Below, piece after piece: positions 20,232 through 29,226 of a stretch of 32,000 nucleotides of DNA (the first letter of the stretch is position 1; each line of letters opens with the position of its first letter). Source of the stretch: Cylindrospermopsis raciborskii Cr2010. GTDB taxonomy: Bacteria; Cyanobacteriota; Cyanobacteriia; Cyanobacteriales; Nostocaceae. The stretch lies in NCBI RefSeq assembly GCF_003367075.2, contig NZ_CP065936.1, positions 3,630,001 through 3,662,000 on the forward strand, given 5' to 3'. Below the pieces are notes generated by a model that worked only from the letters and a program-made list of their open reading frames with translations, ran no database searches and had not been told where the DNA came from. Made by a program: the position numbers and the translations under genes.

Positions 20232-21392
20232 TTAGTTTACTGTAAAAGGTAAAAAAGCTCTGTCCATGGGAATAGGAGCTACGGGTTCCGTCAGGGTAAA
20301 TTGACCCGACTGTATCCACTGTTTCAACTCTAGAGCTACTTGTCGGGATAGTAACATGCTAGCTAGGGGAGCAGCTCGTACAGGTTTACCCTCGATGGGG
20401 ATCCTCCCAGACTTTAATTGGGCGTAACTTACTAATCCAAAGGTAGGTCTTACACGACGGGGAATGGAAAAATCCACAATGGGCGCTACTAAGTCTTGAT
20501 CAGTTACTGCACAACGTTTAACCACTTCTTCGTTTAATACTGGAAGTGGTACTCCTACCCCTAGCATTAATGAAGGTCCATAACTTTTAAAGTAACACCC
20601 TCTTACCCAACGCGCATCCATTTGTTTGGCATCACCAATTAGTGCTAAAGTGGCAGATGGTCCAATGGGGGTTCGATTCTCTAACCGCTTTTGTAGGGGA
20701 AAGTGTTGTGTACCTTCCCAAACCACATAGCCTATTCCCCCACCTAAAAAGATTTTGGTCCCAATTCCCACCAGTTGTAAATCGGGATCGTTCATTAGGG
20801 GAGACAATGCTCCTGGATTGGAGTACACTGCATTTCCTAAACGCGGTTGTAATGGTCCTAGGTAAGTATATAACGGTTCCTCGGATCCATTAACACCAAC
20901 AATGAAGTTTTGATAAAGATTGCGCGGATTAAATAGGTAGAACTGATTAATCGTCTCTCGGGTAACTTTAGCTTCCAGGGTAGCTCTAGGGTAACAATCG
21001 GTAATTTGTCCTAATGCTCTGACTTGTACGGATTTACCAGCAATTAAATCTTGAATCACGTGACCACCACCGCGTTCTCTTAGTTCTTCCCCTTCCATGG
21101 TTTCCACTGCGCAACTGGCGCCCAAATATAGGTCCACCGCCCCAAACCCAGAATATGCGGGAACCCCATCTAACCAACAACGACGAATTTTAATTGGTGG
21201 GTCAGTGTGTCCTAAGTTAATAATCGCCCCGCTTGATTCCATAGGTTCAAAGGTTCCTGTGGTAATCACATCAACCTGTTGGGCCGTTTTTAGTATACCA
21301 TTTTGGGCAACTCGTTTTTTTACCTCTTCCACGGTCCAGACTACGGCACGCTTTTCAATGATCTTTTGATTAATTTCGGCAATAGTTCGCAT
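20232..21392 (-). CDS. COG1900/DUF39 family protein (annotated elsewhere as homocysteine biosynthesis protein)
   Basis: 386 aa. N-terminal RTIAEINQKIIEKRAVVWTVEEV and TTGTFEPMESSGAIINLGHTDPPIK...WLDGVPAYSGFGAVDLYLGA resemble the DUF39 core as I remember it. Confidence 0.75.
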   Translation of the reverse strand: MRTIAEINQKIIEKRAVVWTVEEVKKRVAQNGILKTAQQVDVITTGTFEPMESSGAIINLGHTDPPIKIRRCWLDGVPAYSGFGAVDLYLGASCAVETMEGEELRERGGGHVIQDLIAGKSVQVRALGQITDCYPRATLEAKVTRETINQFYLFNPRNLYQNFIVGVNGSEEPLYTYLGPLQPRLGNAVYSNPGALSPLMNDPDLQLVGIGTKIFLGGGIGYVVWEGTQHFPLQKRLENRTPIGPSATLALIGDAKQMDARWVRGCYFKSYGPSLMLGVGVPLPVLNEEVVKRCAVTDQDLVAPIVDFSIPRRVRPTFGLVSYAQLKSGRIPIEGKPVRAAPLASMLLSRQVALELKQWIQSGQFTLTEPVAPIPMDRAFLPFTVN

Positions 21393-21455
21393 TGTATTTA
21401 GTAATCTGAATATTATGATTATTAATATATGGTAATATATGGAAGAGAAAACAAG

Positions 21456-22520
21456 ATGGCTGATTTAGGGGGAGAATACCTCAGAGTTCGTGACCTGGGG
21501 GAACAGGGTCTTTTGCAGAAATTACAGAGCTTTTGTCCTCCCCATATTATAGGGGATGATGGTGCAGTTTTGCCGACTAAACCCGCACACCATTTGGTTG
21601 TAACCACAGACATGTTAGTAGATGGTGTACATTTTAGCAATCTTACTACCTCTCCCAAGGATGCAGGTTGGCGCGCTGCTACCGCTAATTTATCCGACTT
21701 GGCTGCTATGGGCGCCTCTCCCCTAGGAATTACCGTCGCCCTCGGTTTACCAGGAGATCTGGCTGTCAATTGGGTAGAACAACTGTATCAGGGCATGAGT
21801 GACTGCTTACAGAAGTATCATACTCCCATCGTTGGCGGTGACATAGTGCGATCCCCTGTTACAACTATAGGAATTACAGCTTTTGGTGAGGTCAGTCCAG
21901 ATTTGATTATTCGGCGGTGTACAGCTCAAGTGGGGAATGCTATAGTTATAACTGGTATGCATGGAGCTTCTCGTGCTGGGTTAGAATTGCTCTTGCACCC
22001 TCAAACGGGTGAAAACCTCAAGGAAGAGGAAAAGCAGGCTTTAATTAGATTTCACCAACGTCCTAACCCGCGTTTAGATGTAATATATATACTACACGAA
22101 ATCCTCATATCAGGTTTAAAACCCCGTGGAGATTCCTCTCCAGTTACTTTGAGCGGTATGGATAGTAGTGATGGATTAGCGGATGCTATTTTACAAATTT
22201 GTCGTGCTAGTCAAGTCGGGGCAGTTTTACATCAAGACAAAATTCCCCTAGTACCCATATCTAACAACTGGTTAACACCACTACGATGGCTGGATTATGC
22301 CTTATATGGTGGTGAAGATTTTGAACTGGTACTCTGTTTACCACCAACTATTGCCAAAGCCTTAGTTCTTAAATTAGGATCAGGTGCAGCAATTATCGGA
22401 GAAATTACATCCGGTGACCAAGTTATTCTACAATCAAACACCCAAGAAATCCCCAACCAAGTTTTAACACTCAGTCAGGGATTTCAACATTTTGGTGGTG
22501 AGTGTGGGATTCCCGGATGA
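21456..22520 (+). CDS. thiL: Thiamine-monophosphate kinase
   Basis: I prefer the ATG at 21456 (MADLGGEY). Contains GEQGLL, IGDDGAVL, the DMLVDGVHF motif, ANLSDLAAMGA and GGEDFELV. Confidence 0.9.
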   Translation: MADLGGEYLRVRDLGEQGLLQKLQSFCPPHIIGDDGAVLPTKPAHHLVVTTDMLVDGVHFSNLTTSPKDAGWRAATANLSDLAAMGASPLGITVALGLPGDLAVNWVEQLYQGMSDCLQKYHTPIVGGDIVRSPVTTIGITAFGEVSPDLIIRRCTAQVGNAIVITGMHGASRAGLELLLHPQTGENLKEEEKQALIRFHQRPNPRLDVIYILHEILISGLKPRGDSSPVTLSGMDSSDGLADAILQICRASQVGAVLHQDKIPLVPISNNWLTPLRWLDYALYGGEDFELVLCLPPTIAKALVLKLGSGAAIIGEITSGDQVILQSNTQEIPNQVLTLSQGFQHFGGECGIPG

Positions 22521-22532
22521 ATGGGAATTATT

Positions 22533-23546
22533 TTATACCCATTTCTCCGCCACTAACTCAGCCAAATCTAAAACTCGTTGGCTATAACCCCATTCATTGT
22601 CATACCAAGCCATGACCTTAACCATGTCATTACCCATCACCATAGTTAAGTTAGAATCCACAATGGAAGATTCATTAGTACCCTGATAATCAGAGGATAC
22701 TAAGGGTAATTCGCTGTAACCCAAAATGCCTTTGAGTGAATTTTCAGAAGCCTCTTTAAGAGCTTGATTAACTTCCTCAGTAATTGTTGGTTTCTCTACC
22801 TGCACCACAAAATCTACCATGGACACGTTAGGAGTGGGTACACGCAAAGCTACACCATTTAACTTACCCTTTAGCGCTGGTATTACCAGAGCTACAGCCT
22901 TAGCAGCACCAGTAGAAGTGGGAACAATATTAATCCCCGCTGCTCTAGCTCTACGCAAATCACGGTGAGAAGCATCTAAAATTCTCTGGTCACCTGTGTA
23001 GCTATGGGTAGTAGTCATTGTCCCTTTGATAATGCCAAATTTTTCGTGCAAAACTTTAGCAATAGGTGCTAGACAGTTAGTTGTACAGCTGGCATTACTA
23101 ATGATATGGTGTTCGTCATGATTATAATCATAATGATTCACACCCATAACAAATGTACCATCTTCATTCTTACCAGGTGCAGTAATTAGAACTTTTTTAG
23201 CACCAGCATTTACATGCTTTGAGGCACCTTCTTTACTGATAAACACACCCGTTGCTTCAATAATCAGGTCAATTTGCCACTCTTTCCAAGGTAAGTTTTC
23301 TGGATTGCGATCAGATACGCACTTAATAGTCTTACCGTTGATAGTAATGGAATTATCGTCAGCACTGATATTGGCATTTTGTAGTCTACCTAGCATAGAA
23401 TCGTATCTAAGCAGGTGAGCATTAGTTCTGGGATCGGAAGTGTCGTTAATAGCAACAAGCTCAACCTTGCTATTCTCTCTACCTATCCAGCAGCGGGCAA
23501 AGTTTCTGCCAATGCGCCCGAAACCATTGATTGCAACTCTAACCAC
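22533..23546 (-). CDS. gap2: Glyceraldehyde-3-phosphate dehydrogenase, Calvin-cycle NAD(P)-dependent type
   Basis: [20 protein letters not shown], the active site [12 protein letters not shown], and WYDNEWGYS. The N-terminal pattern matches cyanobacterial Gap2. Confidence 0.95.
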   Translation of the reverse strand: MVRVAINGFGRIGRNFARCWIGRENSKVELVAINDTSDPRTNAHLLRYDSMLGRLQNANISADDNSITINGKTIKCVSDRNPENLPWKEWQIDLIIEATGVFISKEGASKHVNAGAKKVLITAPGKNEDGTFVMGVNHYDYNHDEHHIISNASCTTNCLAPIAKVLHEKFGIIKGTMTTTHSYTGDQRILDASHRDLRRARAAGINIVPTSTGAAKAVALVIPALKGKLNGVALRVPTPNVSMVDFVVQVEKPTITEEVNQALKEASENSLKGILGYSELPLVSSDYQGTNESSIVDSNLTMVMGNDMVKVMAWYDNEWGYSQRVLDLAELVAEKWV

Positions 23547-23828
23547 AGTGTCTTCCCCTCTGTATTTATGCCTATAAATTGATATCGTTGACCCCGATCA
23601 TATCGCAAAGGGGGGGACTGTTTATAACTGTGGAATCTTAGATCGAAAAAAAAATACATATTTTATTGAATTCAATTTATTTAGTACAGTTTCTTTTTGT
23701 TTTTTATAAATTTACCTAGTCTAGTATAGTTTAACTTTATTTACATGTAATTTAACTAATTGTAGTATCACTAAGCAATATCCTCATCCTGATGATCACA
23801 CTTGACGAAACTCCTATTACAGCAGTTT

Positions 23829-24332
23829 TCATGTAAATAAACCACAATGATTGAACCAATTAAGCGCATCCTCTGCTGTAATATAATTTACTGCACTTGT
23901 CATGGCCTCATTTAGGGCTTCTAATGTTCGTGCCTCCCGACTACGGAGAAATTGCTTTAATTTTGACCAACACAATTCTATCGGAGATAAGTCTGGAGAA
24001 TAGGGGGGTAAAAACTTAACTTTTGCACCGACTGATTCAATTGACAATCTCACGCGCTCGGCATAATGAACCTTTAAATTATCCATAACAACAATAGCCC
24101 CTTTCCATAATTGAGGTACTAAAACCTGATTTACATAAGTGAGAAATACTTCTGTATTTGTGCTTCCCTCTACAGTCATTGCTGCCAGAATTCCATCCAT
24201 ATTTAAAGCCCCAATCAGAGAAATATTTTTGCCCTTGTTTCCTGGTACGCTACCAATTGCTCTTTGTCCATCTTGGCTTCTGGCAAACAACCTTGACATC
24301 CCTAAATTTATCCCCGATTCATCTAAAAACAC
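23829..24332 (-). CDS. IS630-family transposase, DDE catalytic part (orfB, +1 frame relative to orfA)
   Basis: Contains LVFLDESG, VVMDNLKVH and PPYSPDLSPIELCWSKLK, the DDE motifs. This frame is open upstream to 24452 and overlaps orfA. Read from the A-run it gives ...KKSLNASEQETPRVQELRHDYRRW, the expected IS630 linker. The stop codon lies inside the left IR. Confidence 0.85.
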   Translation of the reverse strand: MFLDESGINLGMSRLFARSQDGQRAIGSVPGNKGKNISLIGALNMDGILAAMTVEGSTNTEVFLTYVNQVLVPQLWKGAIVVMDNLKVHYAERVRLSIESVGAKVKFLPPYSPDLSPIELCWSKLKQFLRSREARTLEALNEAMTSAVNYITAEDALNWFNHCGLFT

Positions 24333-24408
24333 TAAATTTCTAATATCAACTGTATCTACCCAACGACGATAATCATGCCTTAATTCTTGAACACGTGGAG
24401 TCTCCTGT

Positions 24409-24777
24409 TCACTGGCATTTAGACTTTTTTTTATGACGTAGACCCAACTTTTCTAAGGCTCGATGCATGGTTGTGATACTAACACTAGTGCCCGTCGTTT
24501 CTCTCAGGCGATCGCACAATTCTGAAAGTAGTAAATCATTTTTCTCATCCAGCCAAGACTTGATCATGTTTAAATATTGGCCTGCAATTACAGGCTTTTC
24601 ATATCCTCCACATTGCTTTGGCTCAACTTGCCCAGTTTCACGATAACGACGTACTAAATTTCTCACAAATGATAAGCTGACCTTGAATCTTTCTGCCAAC
24701 TGGCGTTGAGATCCCTCTTGAGCAACCCATGCTACAATCACGCGATTACGCAAATCTATTGAATAAGGTTTTGGCAT
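24409..24777 (-). CDS. IS630-family transposase, N-terminal HTH part (orfA)
   Basis: MPKPYSIDLRNRVI...GSQRQLAERFKVSLSFVRNLVRRYRETG is a typical IS630 N-terminus. It ends ...LGLRHKKKSKCQ*, just after an A8 run. Confidence 0.85.
   Translation of the reverse strand: MPKPYSIDLRNRVIVAWVAQEGSQRQLAERFKVSLSFVRNLVRRYRETGQVEPKQCGGYEKPVIAGQYLNMIKSWLDEKNDLLLSELCDRLRETTGTSVSITTMHRALEKLGLRHKKKSKCQ
24425..24432 (-). other. A8 homopolymer at the orfA/orfB junction of the IS630 transposase
   Basis: The minus strand reads CAT AAA AAA AAG TCT AAA TGC CAG TGA. Removing one A, or a +1 shift, fuses orfA to orfB. Confidence 0.9.
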
Positions 24778-25160
24778 ATAATTTGACAGTACTTCTACTC
24801 TATTTTAGTTTATTACCCTTATTATAGCTTATCTTATTTTGTAGTTTAACTACATGAAAATTGCTGTAAGGTGTACAAAGTCAAAAAATCACGCACTTGA
24901 GGATGAAAGATATATGACAGATTTTTTTCCCGACAGTTCCCGATTTTTCAGAATAATCATCATAAGGATAGAAAAGGTTGGAGAATCGATTGCTCCGGAT
25001 ATTGTCCAGTAAACAAAAACTCAGTCAAAAATTGACCTGTAAGTTTTTGGATACAGATTGGATATAGAAATATTACGAAAGCTATATCTCCAAAAATCAA
25101 AATCCTGTTATGATACCCGTGTCGCAAAGATTTGTTGGTGTGGTGCCAGAGGAATAAAAG

Positions 25161-26621
25161 ATGAATAGCTATATAGATTTTAGTGGTAGACCATTTCATT
25201 TTATTGGTATTGGGGGCATAGGAATGTCCGCCCTAGCCTACATACTGACAAAACGACAATTGCCCGTTTCCGGTTCAGACCTGCGCCCTAACCAGATTAC
25301 CCGCAAATTAGAGTCCCTGGGGGCTCATATTTTTAACCAACAAGAGGCCAGTAATCTAGAATTCTTCCGTCCCGGAGCATTTTCTAGCCATATATTATCA
25401 AACCCATCAGAGCAATTATCCACCCAACAAAAAAGTTTACCCCAGGTCATTTGTTCTACAGCTATTAACAATAATAATTTAGAATATAGGGCGGCGCTAG
25501 AATTGGGCTGCCCCATTCTACATCGTTCTGATGTCTTGGCAGCTTTAATCGCTGACTATCATAGCATTGCTGTAGCTGGAACCCATGGTAAAACTACAAC
25601 TAGTAGCATGATAGGTTACATGCTATTAGAAGCAGGTCTTGACCCAACCATTGTGGTAGGAGGAGAAGTCAATGCCTGGGAAGGAAATGCTAGATTAGGA
25701 GAAAGTAAGTATTTAGTAGCAGAAGCTGATGAGTCCGATGGTTCCTTGGTAAAACATACCCCAGCAATTGGTATAATTACTAATATTGAACTAGATCATC
25801 CTGATCATTATGCAACATTGGAACAAGTCGTGGAGACTTTCCAAACCTTTGCCCGAGGTTGTCAAGTTGTAGTGGGCAGTATTGATTGTAACATAGTACG
25901 CGATCGCCTAAAACCGGGGATCAGTTATAGTTTAGATCCAGATCAAGGTGCTGATTATACAGTAACCAACATTGACTATCGCCCAGACGGAACAACAGCC
26001 TTAGTTTGGGAAAAAGGTAAGTCTCTAGGAGTATTAAACTTACAACTTTTAGGTCGCCACAATCTCAGTAATGCCCTAGCAGCTGTGGCGGTAGGAAGGT
26101 TGTTAAATTTGGAGTTCGGGCAAATTGCCAAAGGTCTTGCCACCTTTGAAGGAGCCAGGAGACGATTTGAATTTAAGGGTGAAGTAGATGGCATTACCTT
26201 CATTGATGATTATGCTCATCATCCTAGTGAAATCCGTGCCACTCTAGCAGCGGCGCGTTTACAAGCGAAACCAGGACAAAGGGTAGTAGGGATTTTTCAA
26301 CCTCACCGTTACAGTCGTGTGCGGACTTTCTTGGACGAGTTTGCCAATTGTTTCACTCATGCGGATTTAGTTGTATTGACTGATATTTACAGTGCTGGTG
26401 AACCTAGTTGTGAGCAAGTTACCGGTGAAAAATTGGCAGCAGAAATTGCCAAGCGACACCCACAAGTAATTTATCAACCTAGTTTAGCCCTCATTCCTCC
26501 GGTTTTATTATCCACCCTACGTCCGGGGGATTTAGCCGTCTTTCTTGGAGCTGGCAATTTAAATCAGACAATTCCAGAAATTATCAGTGCACTGCGTCAA
26601 CCAGTCACAGTCACACTTTAG
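25161..26621 (+). CDS. murC: UDP-N-acetylmuramate--L-alanine ligase
   Basis: FHFIGIGGIGMSALA, the P-loop GTHGKTTTSSM, and the DDYAHHPSEI motif. Confidence 0.95.
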   Translation: MNSYIDFSGRPFHFIGIGGIGMSALAYILTKRQLPVSGSDLRPNQITRKLESLGAHIFNQQEASNLEFFRPGAFSSHILSNPSEQLSTQQKSLPQVICSTAINNNNLEYRAALELGCPILHRSDVLAALIADYHSIAVAGTHGKTTTSSMIGYMLLEAGLDPTIVVGGEVNAWEGNARLGESKYLVAEADESDGSLVKHTPAIGIITNIELDHPDHYATLEQVVETFQTFARGCQVVVGSIDCNIVRDRLKPGISYSLDPDQGADYTVTNIDYRPDGTTALVWEKGKSLGVLNLQLLGRHNLSNALAAVAVGRLLNLEFGQIAKGLATFEGARRRFEFKGEVDGITFIDDYAHHPSEIRATLAAARLQAKPGQRVVGIFQPHRYSRVRTFLDEFANCFTHADLVVLTDIYSAGEPSCEQVTGEKLAAEIAKRHPQVIYQPSLALIPPVLLSTLRPGDLAVFLGAGNLNQTIPEIISALRQPVTVTL

Positions 26622-26691
26622 GGATGGCTACCCGTATTTTAGCCTAGATATTCCGTTTAAATGTTAATAAAGCTACCCATTTACATTAACA

Positions 26692-27699
26692 ATGATAATT
26701 TCTGAGTCTTCTGCTAGTCCCCGCACAGTCCCTACTTTGACGGAAAATAAACAAAAAACAGTTAATTCAGATGATAATCAAATTATTTACTTACCTGGAA
26801 CTAATTGTGTAATTAAGTCCAACATTTCCCTATCTGGGTTTACCTCCTACAAAGTGGGAGGGGAAGCCCAGTGGTACAGTGCACCTCGCGATTTAATGGC
26901 CATAAGAGCAACTGTGGAGTATGCCCAAGCTCTGGATTTACCCATTACAATATTGGGAGCAGGTTCCAACTTACTAGTAAGTGATGAAGGTATACCAGGA
27001 ATGGTAATTGCTACCCGTCACTTCCGTTACAAATACTTTGATAACCAAACAGGTCAGTTAACAGTAGCTGCGGGAGAACCCATTCCTAGTTTAGCATGGG
27101 AAGCAGCAAGTTTAGGATGGGAAGGACTAGAGTGGTCAGTTGGCATTCCAGGTACTGTGGGTGGTGCTGTTGTGATGAATGCAGGAGCACACAATAAATG
27201 TATGGGGGAAATGTTGGTTAGTGCGGAGTTACTATCTCCCGATGGTACTTTAGAAACTGTGAATAGGTCACAGTTGGGTTACACATATCGCAGCTCCCTG
27301 TTACAAGGAAATGAGCGTATAGTTACTCAAGCTACTTTTCAACTTCAACCAGGTGCAGATCCAGCTAAAGTCACAGCTAGAACTAAAGAACACAAGCAGC
27401 ACCGTCTTTCCACTCAACCTTACAATTTTCCCAGTTGTGGGAGTGTGTTTCGCAACCCCTTACCCCGGACTGCGGGATGGTTAATTGAACAAACTGGATT
27501 GAAAGGCTATCAAATTGGTGGGGCCCAAGTCGCACAACTTCATGCTAACTTTATTGTTAATCGTGGAGGTGCTAGGGCCAATGATATTTTCCGTCTCATT
27601 CGCCATATTCAACATCAAATTCAGGATCAATGGTCAATTTTATTGGAACCAGAGGTAAAAATGATTGGTCAGTTTCCTGTTTTGGATGGTTATTCTTGA
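26692..27699 (+). CDS. murB: UDP-N-acetylenolpyruvoylglucosamine reductase
   Basis: FAD-binding domain (TSYKVGGEA...[12 protein letters not shown]), SCGSVFRNP and [15 protein letters not shown]. The exact start is uncertain. Confidence 0.9.
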   Translation: MIISESSASPRTVPTLTENKQKTVNSDDNQIIYLPGTNCVIKSNISLSGFTSYKVGGEAQWYSAPRDLMAIRATVEYAQALDLPITILGAGSNLLVSDEGIPGMVIATRHFRYKYFDNQTGQLTVAAGEPIPSLAWEAASLGWEGLEWSVGIPGTVGGAVVMNAGAHNKCMGEMLVSAELLSPDGTLETVNRSQLGYTYRSSLLQGNERIVTQATFQLQPGADPAKVTARTKEHKQHRLSTQPYNFPSCGSVFRNPLPRTAGWLIEQTGLKGYQIGGAQVAQLHANFIVNRGGARANDIFRLIRHIQHQIQDQWSILLEPEVKMIGQFPVLDGYS

Positions 27700-27775
27700 A
27701 TTGGTGGAGACCTAGGTCAGTCACAACTATAATTGAATTTGATTTTTTATTCGCAGCACAACTGGAAAATTTACT

Positions 27776-28108
27776 ATGACAGGATTTGGTTTGGTGGGAA
27801 GAGTAAAAGAAATAGCGGACGCTTTTAAGAAAGCTCAGGAAGTGCAACAAGGTGCCAAACGTCTACAAGAAGAATTGGAACAGATGGAAATTGTGGGCGA
27901 GTCTGGTGGTGGACTAGTTAAGGTGATTATTAGTGGTAACCAGGAACCTAAAAGGGTAGAAATTTCCCCAAATGCACTAAACGAGGGATCGGACGTGCTT
28001 TCTGATCTAGTGACAGCAGCAATGAAGGATGCTTATCTCAAGTCTACTCAGACTATGCGGGAACGCATGGAAGAGTTAACTGGTGGTCTGGAACTACCAG
28101 GATTTTAG
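27776..28108 (+). CDS. ybaB: YbaB/EbfC-family nucleoid-associated protein
   Basis: 110 aa. [35 protein letters not shown]...[12 protein letters not shown] is typical of YbaB. Confidence 0.9.
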   Translation: MTGFGLVGRVKEIADAFKKAQEVQQGAKRLQEELEQMEIVGESGGGLVKVIISGNQEPKRVEISPNALNEGSDVLSDLVTAAMKDAYLKSTQTMRERMEELTGGLELPGF

Positions 28109-28127
28109 ACTGATACCTGATAACAAA

Positions 28128-28152
28128 CCCCTACTTTTACAAGAAGTAGGGG
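28128..28152. terminator. Bidirectional intrinsic terminator hairpin shared by ybaB (+) and tRNA-Leu (-)
   Basis: Perfect 9-bp stem CCCCTACTT/AAGTAGGGG with a 7-nt loop. It is followed by a T-rich tract on the plus strand (CTATTAATTTTTA) and by TTTGTT on the minus strand. Confidence 0.6.
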
Positions 28153-28165
28153 CTATTAATTTTTA

Positions 28166-28488
28166 TGGGGGTGGGGGGACTTGAACCCCCACGACTTTCT
28201 ACAGTCAACGGATTTTCATTCTCCTGCAGCTTTCGCTACTACCTTTGGGGTTTTAAGAATTGGACTCTCCCTTTACCCTCGCCTTCACGTTAGGGTAGCT
28301 CCCGTCGAGTCTCTGCACCTTCCCAGAAACATAAAAGTCTACTGGGCTTGGCTCAGGATTGCCTTGTCTGTTTGATTAAATCTTATCAGATTTAGGTTTC
28401 CCTGAGTTTGAGAGCTTACACTTGAAGGATTTCTCTATCAAGGCTCACTTTTCTAAGTCCGCAGCGTCTACCATTCCGCCACACCCCC
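28166..28488 (-). tRNA. trnL: tRNA-Leu(UAA) gene interrupted by a group I intron
   Basis: The 5' exon (28488..28455, 34 nt) is GGGGGTGTGGCGGAATGGTAGACGCTGCGGACTT. The 3' exon (28216..28166, 51 nt) is AAAATCCGTTGACTGTAGAAAGTCGTGGGGGTTCAAGTCCCCCCACCCCCA. Spliced, it folds by hand as a class II cloverleaf: 7-bp acceptor, anticodon loop CUUAAAA, long variable arm GACU/AGUC, and T arm GGGGG-TTCAAGT-CCCCC. No CCA is encoded. Confidence 0.95.
28217..28454 (-). ncRNA. Group I self-splicing intron of tRNA-Leu(UAA), 238 nt, no internal ORF
   Basis: Inserted between U34 and A35 of the anticodon and ends in G (28217). It contains core stretches I recognise from cyanobacterial/plastid trnL introns: CTCAGGGAAACC, CAATCCTGAGCCAAGCCC, GGTGCAGAGACTCGACGGGAGCTACCCTAACG and GGGAGAGTCCAATTCT. 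Confidence 0.9.
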
Positions 28489-28659
28489 GTAGGATTTGTT
28501 GGATGCCAAAACATCATCATAACATCATGCTGCTTTTCCTAGACTTTGTCAAGAGGTTGGGGAAAATTTTTTCCCATGGATTAGGTGAGGTAGTGTGGGG
28601 GCTATAAGCTATATAATGGTATATGCACTAAATAGTATTCTCTCATCCATCCCAAAATT

Positions 28660-28869
28660 ATGCTTTTAGCACTACTGTATTTAGCTTTGGCTGGAGCTTA
28701 TCTGTTAGCCATACCACTGATCGTTATGTTTTATCTCAACTGGCGCTGGTATTCAGCAACTTCTGTGGAACGTGGATTTATGTACTTCTTGGTCTTTTTC
28801 TTCTTCCCAGGTTTATTATTGCTCTCCCCCATTGCCAATTTTCGACCCAGACCCAGACAAATTGTTTAA
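28660..28869 (+). CDS. ndhL: NAD(P)H-quinone oxidoreductase (NDH-1) subunit L
   Basis: 69 aa with two TM segments. [19 protein letters not shown]...YLNWRWY...[21 protein letters not shown] matches NdhL as I recall it. Its position upstream of trpA is the arrangement I recall from other cyanobacteria. Confidence 0.8.
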   Translation: MLLALLYLALAGAYLLAIPLIVMFYLNWRWYSATSVERGFMYFLVFFFFPGLLLLSPIANFRPRPRQIV

Positions 28870-28906
28870 CTTAATTTAACTAGTAACTTGGTAGGTCACA
28901 ACTCTC

Positions 28907-29212
28907 ATGCGACGTATTGACGCAATTACTATTACCTTAGGGATCTTCCTCATAGGCGGACTAGCTTATGGGGTGCTACAGTTGGTTGGTTTAAATAGTC
29001 AAGACGCGGGAATTTGGAGTCAAGTTCTACTGGTGTTAGGTTTAATGGGTTGGTTGGGAACCTATCTATTCCGTGCAGGGAGTAAAAAAATGACCTACCA
29101 CCAACAGCGGGAAGAGTATGAAAAGGCTTTTCTCCAAAAGCGTCTGGATGAACTCTCCCCGGAAGAGTTGGCCAGAATACAAGCTAAGATTGATTCCAAT
29201 GATCAACCCTAA
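28907..29212 (+). CDS. DUF3007-like small membrane protein
   Basis: 101 aa with two TM segments, then a charged helix (MTYHQQREEYEKAFLQKRLDELSPEELARIQ). The family call is from memory. Confidence 0.55.
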   Translation: MRRIDAITITLGIFLIGGLAYGVLQLVGLNSQDAGIWSQVLLVLGLMGWLGTYLFRAGSKKMTYHQQREEYEKAFLQKRLDELSPEELARIQAKIDSNDQP

Positions 29213-29226
29213 CCAATGACTAACTG

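Larger units (their letters stand above)
23820..24866 (-). mobile_element. IS630/Tc1-mariner superfamily insertion sequence (1047 bp)
   Basis: Imperfect terminal inverted repeats start CAGCAG...: 23820..23847 against 24866..24839, 24/28 matching. TA dinucleotides flank both ends (23818..23819 and 24867..24868), the hallmark IS630 target duplication. An HTH ORF and a DDE ORF lie inside. Confidence 0.85.

Noticed and set aside
20661-20680. GGGGGTTCGATTCTC T-arm-like string suggesting a tRNA
   Set aside because: It lies inside the well-supported DUF39 CDS. No acceptor, D or anticodon arms can be built around it.
23722-23770. Possible solo end or remnant of a second IS copy just outside the left IR (TAGTTTAAC...TACATG resembles 24842..24856)
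   Set aside because: The similarity is limited to about 16 scattered nucleotides in AT-rich DNA. There is no matching terminal CAG-TA junction, so it is too weak to call.
24425-24432. Canonical -1 programmed ribosomal frameshift at A_AAA_AAG in the IS630 transposase
   Set aside because: The heptamer is in the right phase, but the -1 frame reads GTC TAA and stops after one codon. The DDE domain is in the +1 frame, so a -1 slip cannot produce the fusion.
28181-28607. Track ORFs 28181..28375 (+) and 28422..28607 (+) as protein-coding genes
   Set aside because: Both lie antisense across the tRNA-Leu(UAA) exons and its group I intron. The RNA-gene interpretation explains the sequence fully, and the translations show no protein-like features.
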